NCBI GenBank assembly: GCA_035550775.1
Contig: DASZOO010000115.1
Coordinates: 1 to 52,801 of the forward strand
Reading direction: 5' to 3'
Length of the DNA: 52,801 nucleotides
Origin: Actinomycetota bacterium
Lineage (GTDB): Bacteria; Actinomycetota; UBA4738; HRBIN12
The translations under genes and the position numbers were made by a program. Under the pieces are notes generated by a model. It ran no database searches, was not told where the DNA came from, and worked only from the letters and a program-made list of their open reading frames with translations. Shown piece by piece: positions 8,840-18,103 of this stretch. The first letter of the stretch is position 1; each line of letters begins with the position of its first letter.

Positions 8840-9943
8840 CTAGAAGGGTAGACCCTCGCTCTCTCCCACGGGAAGCCGGTCCAGCACGCCGCCCATCTGC
8901 AGGTCGAAGTCGTGGGGGTTCGTGGCTGCGCGGCGGGCCTCTTCCTCGGCCACCAGCCCCTCCTTCGTGAGCTGCACCAGCGACTGGTCGAACGTCTGCA
9001 TGCCGTAGAAGTCGCCTTCGGCGATCACGTCGACGATCTGATCGGTCGTCGCGGGGTCCACGATGCGGTCGAACACGCGGCCGGTGTTGATCAGCACCTC
9101 CACGGCGGGTACGCGACCCTTCCCGTCGGCCTTCGCCACGAGCCGCTGTGACACGATGCCGCGAAGCGATCCGGCGAACGAGGTCCGCACCTCCTTCTGC
9201 TGATGCGGCGGGAACAGGTCGAGGATCCTGTTGATCGTCTCCATGCAGTCGATCGTGTGCAGCGTGGAGATCACGAGGTGGCCGGTCTCGGCAGCCTGGA
9301 TCGCCGACATCGCGGAGTCGGGGTCGCGGATCTCCCCGACGAAGATCACGTCCGGGTCCTGGCGGATCACGTGCCGCAGAGCGTTCGCGTACGAGTCGGT
9401 GTCGATGCCGATCTCCCGCTGCTGCACGATCGAGAGCAGGTCGTCGTGCATCACCTCGATCGGGTCCTCGATCGTCACGATGTGCGCGCGCCGGTGGCGG
9501 TTGATGTGCCCGATCATCGACGCGATCGTCGTCGTCTTCCCCGTGCCCGTCGGTCCGGTGACCAACACGAGCCCGCGCGGTGAATCGGCGAGCGCGTTCA
9601 TCACCTTCGGCAGGCGTAGTTCCTCGAACGTCGGCACCTCGCTGCGCACGCGCCTGATCGCGAGGCCCACGACGCCTCGCTGGCGGAACACGTTCACCCG
9701 GAACCGCCCGACCCCGGGGAGCGTGTAGCCGAGGTCCGCCTCGCTCGTCTCGGCGAATTCCCGCTTCTTGTGATCCGACATCAGCGACTCGGCGGCTTCC
9801 TCGGTGTCGGCCGCGCTGAGCACATCGAACTCGCCGGGTATCAATTGACCGTCGACCCGCACGAACGGCACGTTGCCGACCTTCAGATGCAGGTCGCTCG
9901 CGCCCCGCTCGACCGTGTACCTGAGCAGCGCGTTCACATCCAT
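8840..9943 (-). CDS. pilT: PilT/PilU-type type IV pilus retraction ATPase
   Basis: Walker A GPTGTGKTT, Walker B DPDVIFVGEIRD, His box TGHLVISTLHT. Starts at internal M26 (MDVNALLRY). Confidence 0.85.
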   Translation of the reverse strand: MDVNALLRYTVERGASDLHLKVGNVPFVRVDGQLIPGEFDVLSAADTEEAAESLMSDHKKREFAETSEADLGYTLPGVGRFRVNVFRQRGVVGLAIRRVRSEVPTFEELRLPKVMNALADSPRGLVLVTGPTGTGKTTTIASMIGHINRHRRAHIVTIEDPIEVMHDDLLSIVQQREIGIDTDSYANALRHVIRQDPDVIFVGEIRDPDSAMSAIQAAETGHLVISTLHTIDCMETINRILDLFPPHQQKEVRTSFAGSLRGIVSQRLVAKADGKGRVPAVEVLINTGRVFDRIVDPATTDQIVDVIAEGDFYGMQTFDQSLVQLTKEGLVAEEEARRAATNPHDFDLQMGGVLDRLPVGESEGLPF

Positions 9944-10044
9944 CGCCGGTGAGAGCCTCCCGTTCGGCCCACGACGGTCGCAGGCCACGTGGTTCCATCG
10001 GCCCTCACCCGGGCGCACCTGAGGGTGGGGACTAGGATTCTCGC

Positions 10045-10635
10045 GTGACCGACGAGCCCACCTCCGACGGGCGACAGCCCCCGAGGAAGCGACGACGCCG
10101 GCGGCGCAGGAAGGGCGGCGCGAAGAGGTCCCAGCCCGCCACCGAGGGGCAGGCGTCCGGGAGCACCACCTCGAAACGCAGGCGGAGGTCCACCGCGAGC
10201 CGGTCGGGGGGCCGGGTCCAACGCGAGGTCTCGGCCGGCGGCGTCGTGTACCGGCGCTCGGGCGACGGCATCGAGGTCGTGCTCGCCTCCCGACGCACCC
10301 GCCGGGGCGATCTGGCCTGGGGCCTCGCGAAAGGAGGCGTGGAACGCGGGGAGTCGTTCGAGGAAGCGGCGGTCCGAGAGGTCCTCGAAGAGACCGGGTA
10401 CCGGGCGGAGATCGAGACCTCTTTGGGCGAGACCCGCTACTTCTACGTGTGGGAGGACACCCGCATCCGCAAGACCGTGCACTTCTTCCTGATGCGGTGC
10501 ACCGGCGGAGACCCGGCCGACCGAGACGACGAGATGGAGGAGATCCGCTGGTTCCCCCTCGAACGCGCGCTCAAGCGTGCCGCCTACCGGGGGGAGCGCG
10601 AAGTGCTCGGGCGGGCGGCCGAGCACCTCTCCTGA
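10045..10635 (+). CDS. NUDIX hydrolase with Arg-rich N-terminal extension (MutT4-like position)
   Basis: Nudix box GGVERGESFEEAAVREVLEETGY. GTG start. Poly-Arg tract RKRRRRRRRK. Confidence 0.85.
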   Translation: MTDEPTSDGRQPPRKRRRRRRRKGGAKRSQPATEGQASGSTTSKRRRRSTASRSGGRVQREVSAGGVVYRRSGDGIEVVLASRRTRRGDLAWGLAKGGVERGESFEEAAVREVLEETGYRAEIETSLGETRYFYVWEDTRIRKTVHFFLMRCTGGDPADRDDEMEEIRWFPLERALKRAAYRGEREVLGRAAEHLS

Positions 10636-10642
10636 CGGTTCG

Positions 10643-11407
10643 ATGAGCGCGACCGACGTCCTCCTCGGGATCACGATCGGACTGGCGTCGGGCGTCCTCT
10701 CGGGCCTGTTCGGCGTCGGTGGCGGCATCGTGATGACCCCTGGGCTCCAGGTCGTGCTCGGCGCCCGTCCGATCGTGGCGCTCGCGACGCCGCTGCCGGT
10801 CATCCTGCCCACCGCCCTCACCGGTGCCCTCACGTACGCGAAGGCCGGCGAGCTCGACCGCCGGGCGGCGACGTGGATGATCGGCCCCGGCGTGATCGCC
10901 TCGATCGCCGGCGCCGTGCTCACGGCGTTCGTCGAGACGCATCTGCTGCTCGTGATCACCGCCGCCTTGCTCGCCTATCAGGCGGTCGGCCTCCTCCGCG
11001 GATCGAGGCGGCGGCCAGGGCGGTCGATCGAGGCCACCCCATCGATCTACGTCGGTATCGGGCTGGTCGCCGGGTTCGTGAGCGGCCTGTTGGGCATCGG
11101 TGGCGGCATCGTGATCGTGCCCATGCTCGCGGGGTGGCTCGGCATGCCGCTCAAGCGCGCGCTCGGCACGTCCCTGCTGGCCATCGTGGCTCTCGTGATC
11201 CCGGGCACGGTCGCCCACGCGGCGCTCGGGCACGTCGACTGGGCGCTGTTCGTCGTCGTCACGCTCGGTGCCGTGCCGGGGGCACGGATCGGCGCGGCGA
11301 TAGCGATCGCGGCTCACGAGCGCACCCTCCGAACGCTGGTCGGGACGTTCCTGCTCGTCGTGGCGGCCGCGTACGGCATCGCCGAGGGCGTCGCGCTCAT
11401 CCGCTGA
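10643..11407 (+). CDS. TauE/SafE (DUF81) family anion exporter membrane protein
   Basis: Repeated GVGGGIVMTP / GIGGGIVIVP motifs, about 7-8 TM segments. ATG at M23 of the track ORF, 8 nt after the NUDIX stop. Confidence 0.8.
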   Translation: MSATDVLLGITIGLASGVLSGLFGVGGGIVMTPGLQVVLGARPIVALATPLPVILPTALTGALTYAKAGELDRRAATWMIGPGVIASIAGAVLTAFVETHLLLVITAALLAYQAVGLLRGSRRRPGRSIEATPSIYVGIGLVAGFVSGLLGIGGGIVIVPMLAGWLGMPLKRALGTSLLAIVALVIPGTVAHAALGHVDWALFVVVTLGAVPGARIGAAIAIAAHERTLRTLVGTFLLVVAAAYGIAEGVALIR

Positions 11408-11466
11408 CCGGGCGGGGCCTCGGTCCTCGGGGAGCCCGGGTGCGCGGTCTACGATGAGGACCGCTC

Positions 11467-13524
11467 ATGACGATCTCCCGCGCGCTCGGCGCGCTGCTGA
11501 CGCTCGCGCTCGCCGCCACGACCGTTCTCGTCGCGGCTGCTCCGTCCGACGCCCAGGAACCGGCCGTCGCCCTGACGTTGCGAGCGCAGACACCCTTCAC
11601 CACGCTCGACGAACCTGACGTGACGATCACGTTCGAGGCGGAGAACCTCGGCGAGGAACCACTGGAGGATCTCTCCACCGGGTTCATCGTCGGCCCGCAG
11701 ATCACGTCTCGGGTCCAGTACGAGTCCTCGCTCGTCGACGGGCCGGCCGGGACGTTGATCTACGTCGATGCGTTCACGCAAACCGGAACCCTGGAACCCG
11801 GCGCCGCCCGGGAGTTCTCCGTCACCGTCGACCTCAGCGAGATCGACCTTGTGAGCGACGTCGATTCGCTCGTGTACCCGGCTCGTGTCGACCTGCGGAG
11901 CGCCGGGGTGCAGATCGCGACCCTCGACACGCCTCTCGTGCACCTCGTCCGAGACCCGGAGGTGCCGATCCGACTGGCGTGGTGGACGGAGTTCGACGCC
12001 CCGATCGCCCTGGACCCGCAGGGTCGGCTCGCCGACCCGTCGTTCGAAACCGCGATCGCGGACGGCGGCAGCCTTGCGCAACAGGTCGCGACGCTGCGGA
12101 CGGCCGTCGCGTCCGACGACGGCGTCACCGAGGTCGACCTCGTGGTCACTCCCGCGGTGGTCGACCAGATCGCGCGCATGGCCGACGGCTACGAACGGTC
12201 CTCGGGCGAGGCCGTAGCCGAGGACGAGGCGCCCGCCACCCACGCGGCCGCGCTCCTCACCGACCTGCGGGAGCTCGTCGCCGACCCCGACGTGCACCTG
12301 GTCGCCGCCCCGTTCTCCGGACCCCTGCTGCCGTCGCTGGCCTCCGGGGGCCTGGCCCGCGATCTCGCGCGCCAGCAGGCGCTCGGCGACGCGACGGTCG
12401 CGGAGCAGCTCGGCGTCAGGCCGTCCCCCGTGACCGCCCGCCCTCCTCAGGGAGCGCTCGACGAGCCGAGCCTGCAGTGGCTCGCCGACCGGGGCACGAC
12501 GACGCTGCTGTTGCAGGCGGACTCGGTCGACCGCCCGGCGCAGCCAAACGACTTCGCCCCACTCCCCGTCGCGACGGTGAGCACGTCGGACGGCAACAGC
12601 CTCGACGTGATCCTGCCCGATCCCGGCATCCAGGGGTTGTTGACGGATCCGACCTTGCTCGCCGACCCGGTCCGCACCGCTCAGGCCGTCTTGGGAGAGC
12701 TCGCCACGATCTGGCGCGAGCAGCCGGTGCCGGGGCTCCAAGCCGACGGCACCGAGACCGTTCGTGGGGTCGCCGTCGCGCTGCCGACGGCATTGCCTCC
12801 GGAAGCGTGGGCACCCCTCGTCCGTCGCCTCTCGCAGGCCCCCTTCCTGGTTCCGACCGAGGCGAACACGTTCGCCGAGCGGGTGAACCCCGGTCAGGGA
12901 AGCGCCGCGTTCACGCCGTCCACCGCCCGCTTCCCGCGCGACTACGTCGATGCGATCCGCGACCAACGCAGGAACGTGACCGCCTACCGGTCCATGCTGA
13001 CCGCGCCGAGCCCCCAGCCGGCGCGCCTCGATCGCAACCTGCTCTACGCCGAGGCCGGCCAGTACGTCGCCGAACCCGACGTGGGCCGTCAGTGGTACGA
13101 CCAGGTGAACGCGGTGACCGGGTCGGTCTTCAGCGGCGTGCTGCCCGACGTCGCACAGGAGTTCCTCCTCACGTCGGGAACGGGGACCATCCCCCTGCGG
13201 ATGGGTGACCCGGGACCCACGCCGCTCACGGTTCAGGTCGTGCTGCGATCGGCATCCTTCGAATTCCCGTCGGGCGCCGAGCGAACGATCACGCTCGAAG
13301 GGCCCGACGAGGTGGTGCCGGTCGATGTCGTCGCCAAGGCGAGCGGACCGCAGACGATCCGCGTCAAGACCAGGGCACCGTCGGGCCGTGACCTCGGGGA
13401 GGATCAGAACCTCGTCGTGCGAACGACCGCCGTGAACAGCGTCGCCCTGTGGATCACCGTGGGCGCCGGCGTGCTGCTGTTGTTGCTGTGGTCGAGGAGG
13501 TTGATCCGACGACCGACGCCGTGA
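11467..13524 (+). CDS. Secreted, C-terminally anchored protein of the murJ-neighbour family (DUF6049-like; Rv3909 position)
   Basis: Signal peptide (ALLTLALAATTVLVAAAPSDAQE), C-terminal TM segment plus RRLIRR. Conserved position directly upstream of murJ. Confidence 0.65.
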   Translation: MTISRALGALLTLALAATTVLVAAAPSDAQEPAVALTLRAQTPFTTLDEPDVTITFEAENLGEEPLEDLSTGFIVGPQITSRVQYESSLVDGPAGTLIYVDAFTQTGTLEPGAAREFSVTVDLSEIDLVSDVDSLVYPARVDLRSAGVQIATLDTPLVHLVRDPEVPIRLAWWTEFDAPIALDPQGRLADPSFETAIADGGSLAQQVATLRTAVASDDGVTEVDLVVTPAVVDQIARMADGYERSSGEAVAEDEAPATHAAALLTDLRELVADPDVHLVAAPFSGPLLPSLASGGLARDLARQQALGDATVAEQLGVRPSPVTARPPQGALDEPSLQWLADRGTTTLLLQADSVDRPAQPNDFAPLPVATVSTSDGNSLDVILPDPGIQGLLTDPTLLADPVRTAQAVLGELATIWREQPVPGLQADGTETVRGVAVALPTALPPEAWAPLVRRLSQAPFLVPTEANTFAERVNPGQGSAAFTPSTARFPRDYVDAIRDQRRNVTAYRSMLTAPSPQPARLDRNLLYAEAGQYVAEPDVGRQWYDQVNAVTGSVFSGVLPDVAQEFLLTSGTGTIPLRMGDPGPTPLTVQVVLRSASFEFPSGAERTITLEGPDEVVPVDVVAKASGPQTIRVKTRAPSGRDLGEDQNLVVRTTAVNSVALWITVGAGVLLLLLWSRRLIRRPTP

Positions 13525-13544
13525 CCCCCGACGCCGTGACCCCC
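13515..13544 (+). repeat. Perfect 15-bp tandem duplication (gacgccgtgaccccc x2) across the stop/start junction
   Basis: Read directly. It encodes DAVTP-DAVTP in the murJ frame and creates two in-frame GTGs (13521, 13536). Confidence 0.9.
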
Positions 13545-15191
13545 GGCGAGGAGCCGGCCGAGGCGCTTCCCGCCGACACCACGGGCGCCTACGTGCGCAA
13601 CACGGCGCTCATGACCGTCGGCACGACGCTGTCCCGTCTGACCGGGTACGTGCGCATCGCAGCCCAGACCGCGGCGCTGGGGGTCACGGTCGCACCGCTA
13701 GGCAACGTCTACACGCAGGCGAACACGACACCCAACATCGTGTACGAGCTGATCCTCGGCGGCATCCTCACGTCGGTCTTCGTGCCCGTGTTCGTCGATC
13801 ACCAGCGCCGACACGGACGCGAGGCCGCGTTCGACCTGGGCCGGCGCGTGTTGACGCTCGCCCTCGTGCTGCTGAGCGCCATGGCGATCGCGGGCATCGT
13901 CTTCGCGCCGCAGATCATGGGCCTGTACCTGGTCGAATCCGATGCCACCGACGTCCAGGCGCAGATCGAACTGGGCGTGTTCCTGCTGCGCTGGTTCATG
14001 CCCCAGATCGTGTTCTACGGCATCGGCGCGATCGCCGGCGGTCTGCTGAACGCCGAGCGCCGATTCGCGGCGCCGATGTTCGCGCCGATCCTGAACAACC
14101 TCGCGGTGATCGCCGCGTTCGCCGCGTACGTGATGCTGCGGGCCGGCGCCCCGCCGTCGGTGAGCGACGTCACGTGGCTCGAGAAGACCGTGTTGGGGGC
14201 CGGCACCACGTTCGGCGTCGTAGCCATGACCGTGGCGTTGTGGCCCTCGCTGCGCGCGACGGGGTTCCGCTGGCACCTCACGGGCGGTTGGACCCATCCC
14301 GGCATCCGTCGCATCGTGAGGCTGTCCGGCTGGGTGCTCGTGTACGTGGCCGCCAACCAGCTCGCCTACGTCGGCATCATCATCCTCGCCGGCGGGGTCT
14401 GCGCCGCCTGTTACCAGATCTACGCGACCGCCTTCATCATCTTCCTGCTCCCGCACTCGATCTTCGCCGTCTCGATCTTCACGGCCCTGCTCCCCGGCAT
14501 GGCCGACCGGTGGACGGCGGACGACCTCGACGGGGTCCGCGACCGCTTCTCGCTCGGCCTGCGCGACACGATCGTCGTCATCGTGCCGGCCGCGTTGGCG
14601 TTCCTCGCGCTCGCCGAACCGATCGTCTCGCTGCTGCTCGAATACGGGTGGGTGATCGAGGAAGACGTGCCCCTCCTCGCCCGCACGCTGCAGGGGTTCG
14701 CCCTCGGGCTGCCGTTCTTCTCCGCGTTCCAGCTGATCACCCGCACCTTCTACGCGACGCAGGACAGCCGCACGCCGGCGCTCGTGAACGTGGCCGCTGC
14801 CGTGGTGACGATCACGGTCGACGTGCTGCTCGTTCGCGCGATCGGACTCGACGTGCCGGGGCTGGCGCTGGGGCACGCGGCTTCCTACGTGTTCGCCGCC
14901 GGCGCGGGACTCTGGCTCGCTCGTCGGCGGCTCGGCTCCCTCGACGCCCGACGCGTCGCGGGCACGGCGCTCCGTGCCGTGCCCGCCGCGATCGTGACCG
15001 CGCTGGCTGCCTGGCTGATCGCCGCCGGCATCGCGGCGGTCGCCGACACCGATCTGGTCGTCTGGCGCGTCGTGCAGATGGCGGTCGCGGTCGTGACGGG
15101 GGTCGGCGTCTACTTCATCGCGTCGCTCATGTTGGGCATGGAAGAGGTCGATGAGGTGGTGGGCGCGGTACGCAGGAGGTTCCGCGGATGA
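13521..15191 (+). CDS. murJ: Lipid II flippase MurJ (MviN)
   Basis: ALMTVGTTLSRLTGYVR N-terminal motif, about 14 TM segments. GTG at 13521 overlaps the upstream TGA (GTGA). Confidence 0.9.
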   Translation: MTPDAVTPGEEPAEALPADTTGAYVRNTALMTVGTTLSRLTGYVRIAAQTAALGVTVAPLGNVYTQANTTPNIVYELILGGILTSVFVPVFVDHQRRHGREAAFDLGRRVLTLALVLLSAMAIAGIVFAPQIMGLYLVESDATDVQAQIELGVFLLRWFMPQIVFYGIGAIAGGLLNAERRFAAPMFAPILNNLAVIAAFAAYVMLRAGAPPSVSDVTWLEKTVLGAGTTFGVVAMTVALWPSLRATGFRWHLTGGWTHPGIRRIVRLSGWVLVYVAANQLAYVGIIILAGGVCAACYQIYATAFIIFLLPHSIFAVSIFTALLPGMADRWTADDLDGVRDRFSLGLRDTIVVIVPAALAFLALAEPIVSLLLEYGWVIEEDVPLLARTLQGFALGLPFFSAFQLITRTFYATQDSRTPALVNVAAAVVTITVDVLLVRAIGLDVPGLALGHAASYVFAAGAGLWLARRRLGSLDARRVAGTALRAVPAAIVTALAAWLIAAGIAAVADTDLVVWRVVQMAVAVVTGVGVYFIASLMLGMEEVDEVVGAVRRRFRG

Positions 15192-15622
15192 ATCGCACTG
15201 GCAACCCGATCGGCGCCGGTCTGGCCGATCAATCTGGCATGGTCGGGAAGGCAGCGGTGCTCTGGCTGCTGATCCTCGCGGTGCTCGGCATCGGCGTGGC
15301 CGATGCCGTCTCGATCGCGCGAACCACGTTGCACGCGTCCGAGGTCGCCACCGAGGCAGCGATCGAGGGAGCCTCTGCGTTCCGCGTCGAGGGGCGCAGC
15401 TCGCTCGCGGCGTGCGAGGCCGTGGCGACGAGCATCGCGGAGCAGGATCCGGCGCAGTCGCTGGAGCTGGGACGCAAGGGGTGCGTCGTCGACGCCTCCA
15501 CCGGCCGCGTCACCGTCACGCTCCGGACGGTCGCCACCACGGTCATCGCCGGACGCTTCGATCCGACCGTGAAGTACACGCAGGTCGTCGTCACCGAGGC
15601 CAACGGTCAGTCGAAGGTGTAG
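15188..15622 (+). CDS. Hypothetical membrane-anchored protein (weakly TadE/pilus-assembly-like N-terminus)
   Basis: ATGA overlap with the murJ stop. Single N-terminal TM segment (AAVLWLLILAVLGIGVA) followed by a soluble domain. Confidence 0.5.
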   Translation: MNRTGNPIGAGLADQSGMVGKAAVLWLLILAVLGIGVADAVSIARTTLHASEVATEAAIEGASAFRVEGRSSLAACEAVATSIAEQDPAQSLELGRKGCVVDASTGRVTVTLRTVATTVIAGRFDPTVKYTQVVVTEANGQSKV

Positions 15623-15631
15623 CGTTCGGCC

Positions 15632-16231
15632 GTGACCGACGCCGAGCGGGACGAGGCGCTCGTCCGTCGCTTCCGAGACGGCGAGCCCGCTGCGTTCACG
15701 GAGCTGGTGCGACGTCACCAGCAACGGGTCTACTCCCTGTGTCTGCGGATGCTCGGCGACGCCGATTCGGCGGCCGACGTCGCTCAGGACACGTTCCTCA
15801 CCGTGCTGCGCAAGCTCGACGGGTTCCGGGGCGACGCGGCGTTCACGACCTGGTTGCACCGGGTCGCCGTGAACGCCTGCTACGACGAGCTCCGCAGGAA
15901 GCGCCGTCGGCCGATGCTCCACGTCGTCGCCGACGACGGCCCCGAACGCGAACCGGGGCCCGCGATCGCCGACCACGCCGACGAGGTGGCCGGCACCCGC
16001 GACGCGGCGTCCGCCCTCGCCTCGATCTCCGAGGAGTTCCGTGTCGCCGTGGTGCTCGCCGACGTGCAGGACCTGCCCTACGAGCAGATCGCCGAGGTGC
16101 TGGATGTGCCCGTCGGCACCGTGAAGTCCCGGGTGCACCGGGGCCGGCTCGCCCTCGCCGCCGCCATGGGCCTCGAAGCGTCGACCGGGGAACCCCCGAC
16201 CCGCGCGCGAACGTCGGAGCAGGAATCGTGA
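15632..16231 (+). CDS. ECF (group 4) RNA polymerase sigma factor, SigM-like position
   Basis: Region 2 (VYSLCLRMLGDADSAADVAQDTFL) and region 4 HTH (LPYEQIAEVLDVPVGTVKSRVHRGR). Confidence 0.9.
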   Translation: MTDAERDEALVRRFRDGEPAAFTELVRRHQQRVYSLCLRMLGDADSAADVAQDTFLTVLRKLDGFRGDAAFTTWLHRVAVNACYDELRRKRRRPMLHVVADDGPEREPGPAIADHADEVAGTRDAASALASISEEFRVAVVLADVQDLPYEQIAEVLDVPVGTVKSRVHRGRLALAAAMGLEASTGEPPTRARTSEQES

Positions 16232-17013
16232 GCCATCCCCTCGATCAGCTCGCCCCGTTCGTGGACGGCGTGCTCGGACCTTCGGAGCGTGCCGTGGTCG
16301 AGGACCACCTTCGTGCGTGTGCGCGCTGCCGCCGCGAGGTGGATGCGGCCGCGGCCGCTCGTGCCGCGGTGCGGGCGATGCCGGTGCTCGATGGGCCCGA
16401 CCTCGAGTCTCGCTTCGCGCCCGATCGCCTCGCCGAGCTCGCCGCTTCCCGTTCAGCGTCGCGAGCACCCTGGTCGAGGCTCGCACCCATCCTCGCGGCT
16501 GCGGCGGCCGTCGCCCTCATCGCGATCGTGATCCCCCGTGTCGGCGACGTCGGCGGGGGTGGCGCCGAGACGGCTGCGGACGGGCTCACGGAAGCGGGGG
16601 CCGGCGACGCCCCGTCGGCCGACCTCCGCCTGGAGATCGTCACCACCGACTACGACGTGGATTCGCTCGAAGCGTCGGCGGCGTCCTTCCTCGGATCGGG
16701 AGGCGGCGGGCAACCGCCCGAGGCCGATCAGGCGGGTGGCGGAACCGAAGGCGCCGCGCCCGATGCGTCCGACGAGGCGCGGTTCGCCGGACCCGGCCGG
16801 ACGGCCCGAGCCGTCGCGTGTCTCCGGCGGGCCTTCCCCGGCTTCCCTGGCGAGATCGTGCAGGTGAAGCGAGCTTCGTTCGAGGGAGAGCCCGCCTACC
16901 TCGGGTACGTGCTCGAGGGCCCGGGTGCCGGCAGGCCCCCTGAAGCCCTGTCGATCTGGGTCGCCGCCATCGACGACTGCTCGATCCTGACGATCGCGTC
17001 GGCGCGTCCCTGA
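16228..17013 (+). CDS. Anti-sigma factor with zf-HC2 (ZAS) motif and one TM segment
   Basis: GTGA overlap with the sigma stop. HLRACARCRREV (H-x3-C-x2-C). TM segment LAPILAAAAAVALIAIVI. Confidence 0.75.
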   Translation: MSHPLDQLAPFVDGVLGPSERAVVEDHLRACARCRREVDAAAAARAAVRAMPVLDGPDLESRFAPDRLAELAASRSASRAPWSRLAPILAAAAAVALIAIVIPRVGDVGGGGAETAADGLTEAGAGDAPSADLRLEIVTTDYDVDSLEASAASFLGSGGGGQPPEADQAGGGTEGAAPDASDEARFAGPGRTARAVACLRRAFPGFPGEIVQVKRASFEGEPAYLGYVLEGPGAGRPPEALSIWVAAIDDCSILTIASARP

Positions 17014-17078
17014 CCCCGCCAGGGCGGGCATGAACACAGCTGCTGGAGCGTTCTCGGCTGTGGGAGGATGCTCGCACC

Positions 17079-18017
17079 ATGACCGACGAACGCAGCGTGA
17101 TCGTGATCGGATCGGGGCCGGCCGGCTACACGGCCGCCCTGTACGCGGCCCGCGCCAACCTCGAGCCGCTCGTGCTCAAGGGGCTCGATGCCGGTGGCCA
17201 GCTGATGCTCACGACCGACGTGGAGAATTACCCGGGGTTCCCCGACGGCCTGCTGGGGCCCGAGCTGATGGACCGCTTCGAGAAGCAGGCCGCACACTTC
17301 GGCGCGGAGATCCTGCCCGTGCACGTCACCGAGGTCGACCTCTCGAGCAGGCCGTTCCTGGTGAAGGCCGGGGATCAGGAGTGGCAAGCGCTGACCGTGA
17401 TCGTCGCGACGGGAGCGAGCGCCCGCTGGCTGGGCGTTCCCGGGGAGGAGAAGCTCCGAGGCCGCGGCGTGAGCGCCTGCGCCACCTGCGACGGCTTCTT
17501 CTTCCGCGATCGCGAGCTCGTGGTCGTGGGCGGCGGCGACTCGGCGATGGAAGAGGCCACGTTCCTCACGAAGTTCGCGTCGAAGGTCACGATCGTGCAC
17601 CGGCGCGACGAGTTCCGAGCGTCGAAGATCATGCAGGATCGGGCCCTCGCCAACCCGAAGATCGAGGTCGCCTGGAACACGACGGTGACCGAGATCCTGG
17701 GTAAGGATGCCGTCACCGGCGTTCGGCTGGCGGACTCCGTGACCGGCGAGGAACACGAGATGGCCACCGACGGGGTCTTCATGGCGATCGGGCACGACCC
17801 GAACACGTCGCTGTTCCGAGGGCAGCTCGAGCTCGACGACAACGGGTACGTGCTCGTGCAGGAACCCCGCACGTACACGAGCGTTCCCGGCGTCTACGCG
17901 GCCGGCGACGTGACCGACACAATCTACAAGCAGGCGGTCACCGCCGCCGGGCAGGGATGCAAGGCAGCCATCGACGCGGAGCGCTTCTTGGAGGACCAGG
18001 CGCACGCCGGGGCATGA
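17079..18017 (+). CDS. trxB: Thioredoxin-disulfide reductase
   Basis: [18 protein letters not shown] motif; redox-active CATCDG. Confidence 0.95.
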   Translation: MTDERSVIVIGSGPAGYTAALYAARANLEPLVLKGLDAGGQLMLTTDVENYPGFPDGLLGPELMDRFEKQAAHFGAEILPVHVTEVDLSSRPFLVKAGDQEWQALTVIVATGASARWLGVPGEEKLRGRGVSACATCDGFFFRDRELVVVGGGDSAMEEATFLTKFASKVTIVHRRDEFRASKIMQDRALANPKIEVAWNTTVTEILGKDAVTGVRLADSVTGEEHEMATDGVFMAIGHDPNTSLFRGQLELDDNGYVLVQEPRTYTSVPGVYAAGDVTDTIYKQAVTAAGQGCKAAIDAERFLEDQAHAGA

Positions 18018-18103
18018 CCCCGGGAATCCCGGCACCCGCCCCAGCGTTGTGGAACAGACGGCCGGGGGCGCCGGCCGGCAACCCGACGAGGAGTACGACG
18101 ACG

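Noticed and set aside
8799-9998. N-terminal 400 aa or so of the 985-aa track ORF 7041-9998 (would make a giant SulP)
   Set aside because: This part overlaps pilT out of frame on the same strand and is Arg/Gly/Pro/Asp junk. SulP homology starts only at YRREWL, downstream of the pilT stop.
9934-13000. Long minus-strand ORFs 9934-10959, 10571-11317 and 11449-12966
   Set aside because: They are antisense to the NUDIX, TauE and DUF6049-like genes. Their composition is dominated by R/G/P/D/E and they show no domain signatures.
15151-16227. Upstream part of the 620-aa ORF 15151-17013
   Set aside because: It overlaps three better-supported genes out of frame. Only the last 261 aa (from the GTG at 16228, with the ZAS motif) are credible as the anti-sigma factor.
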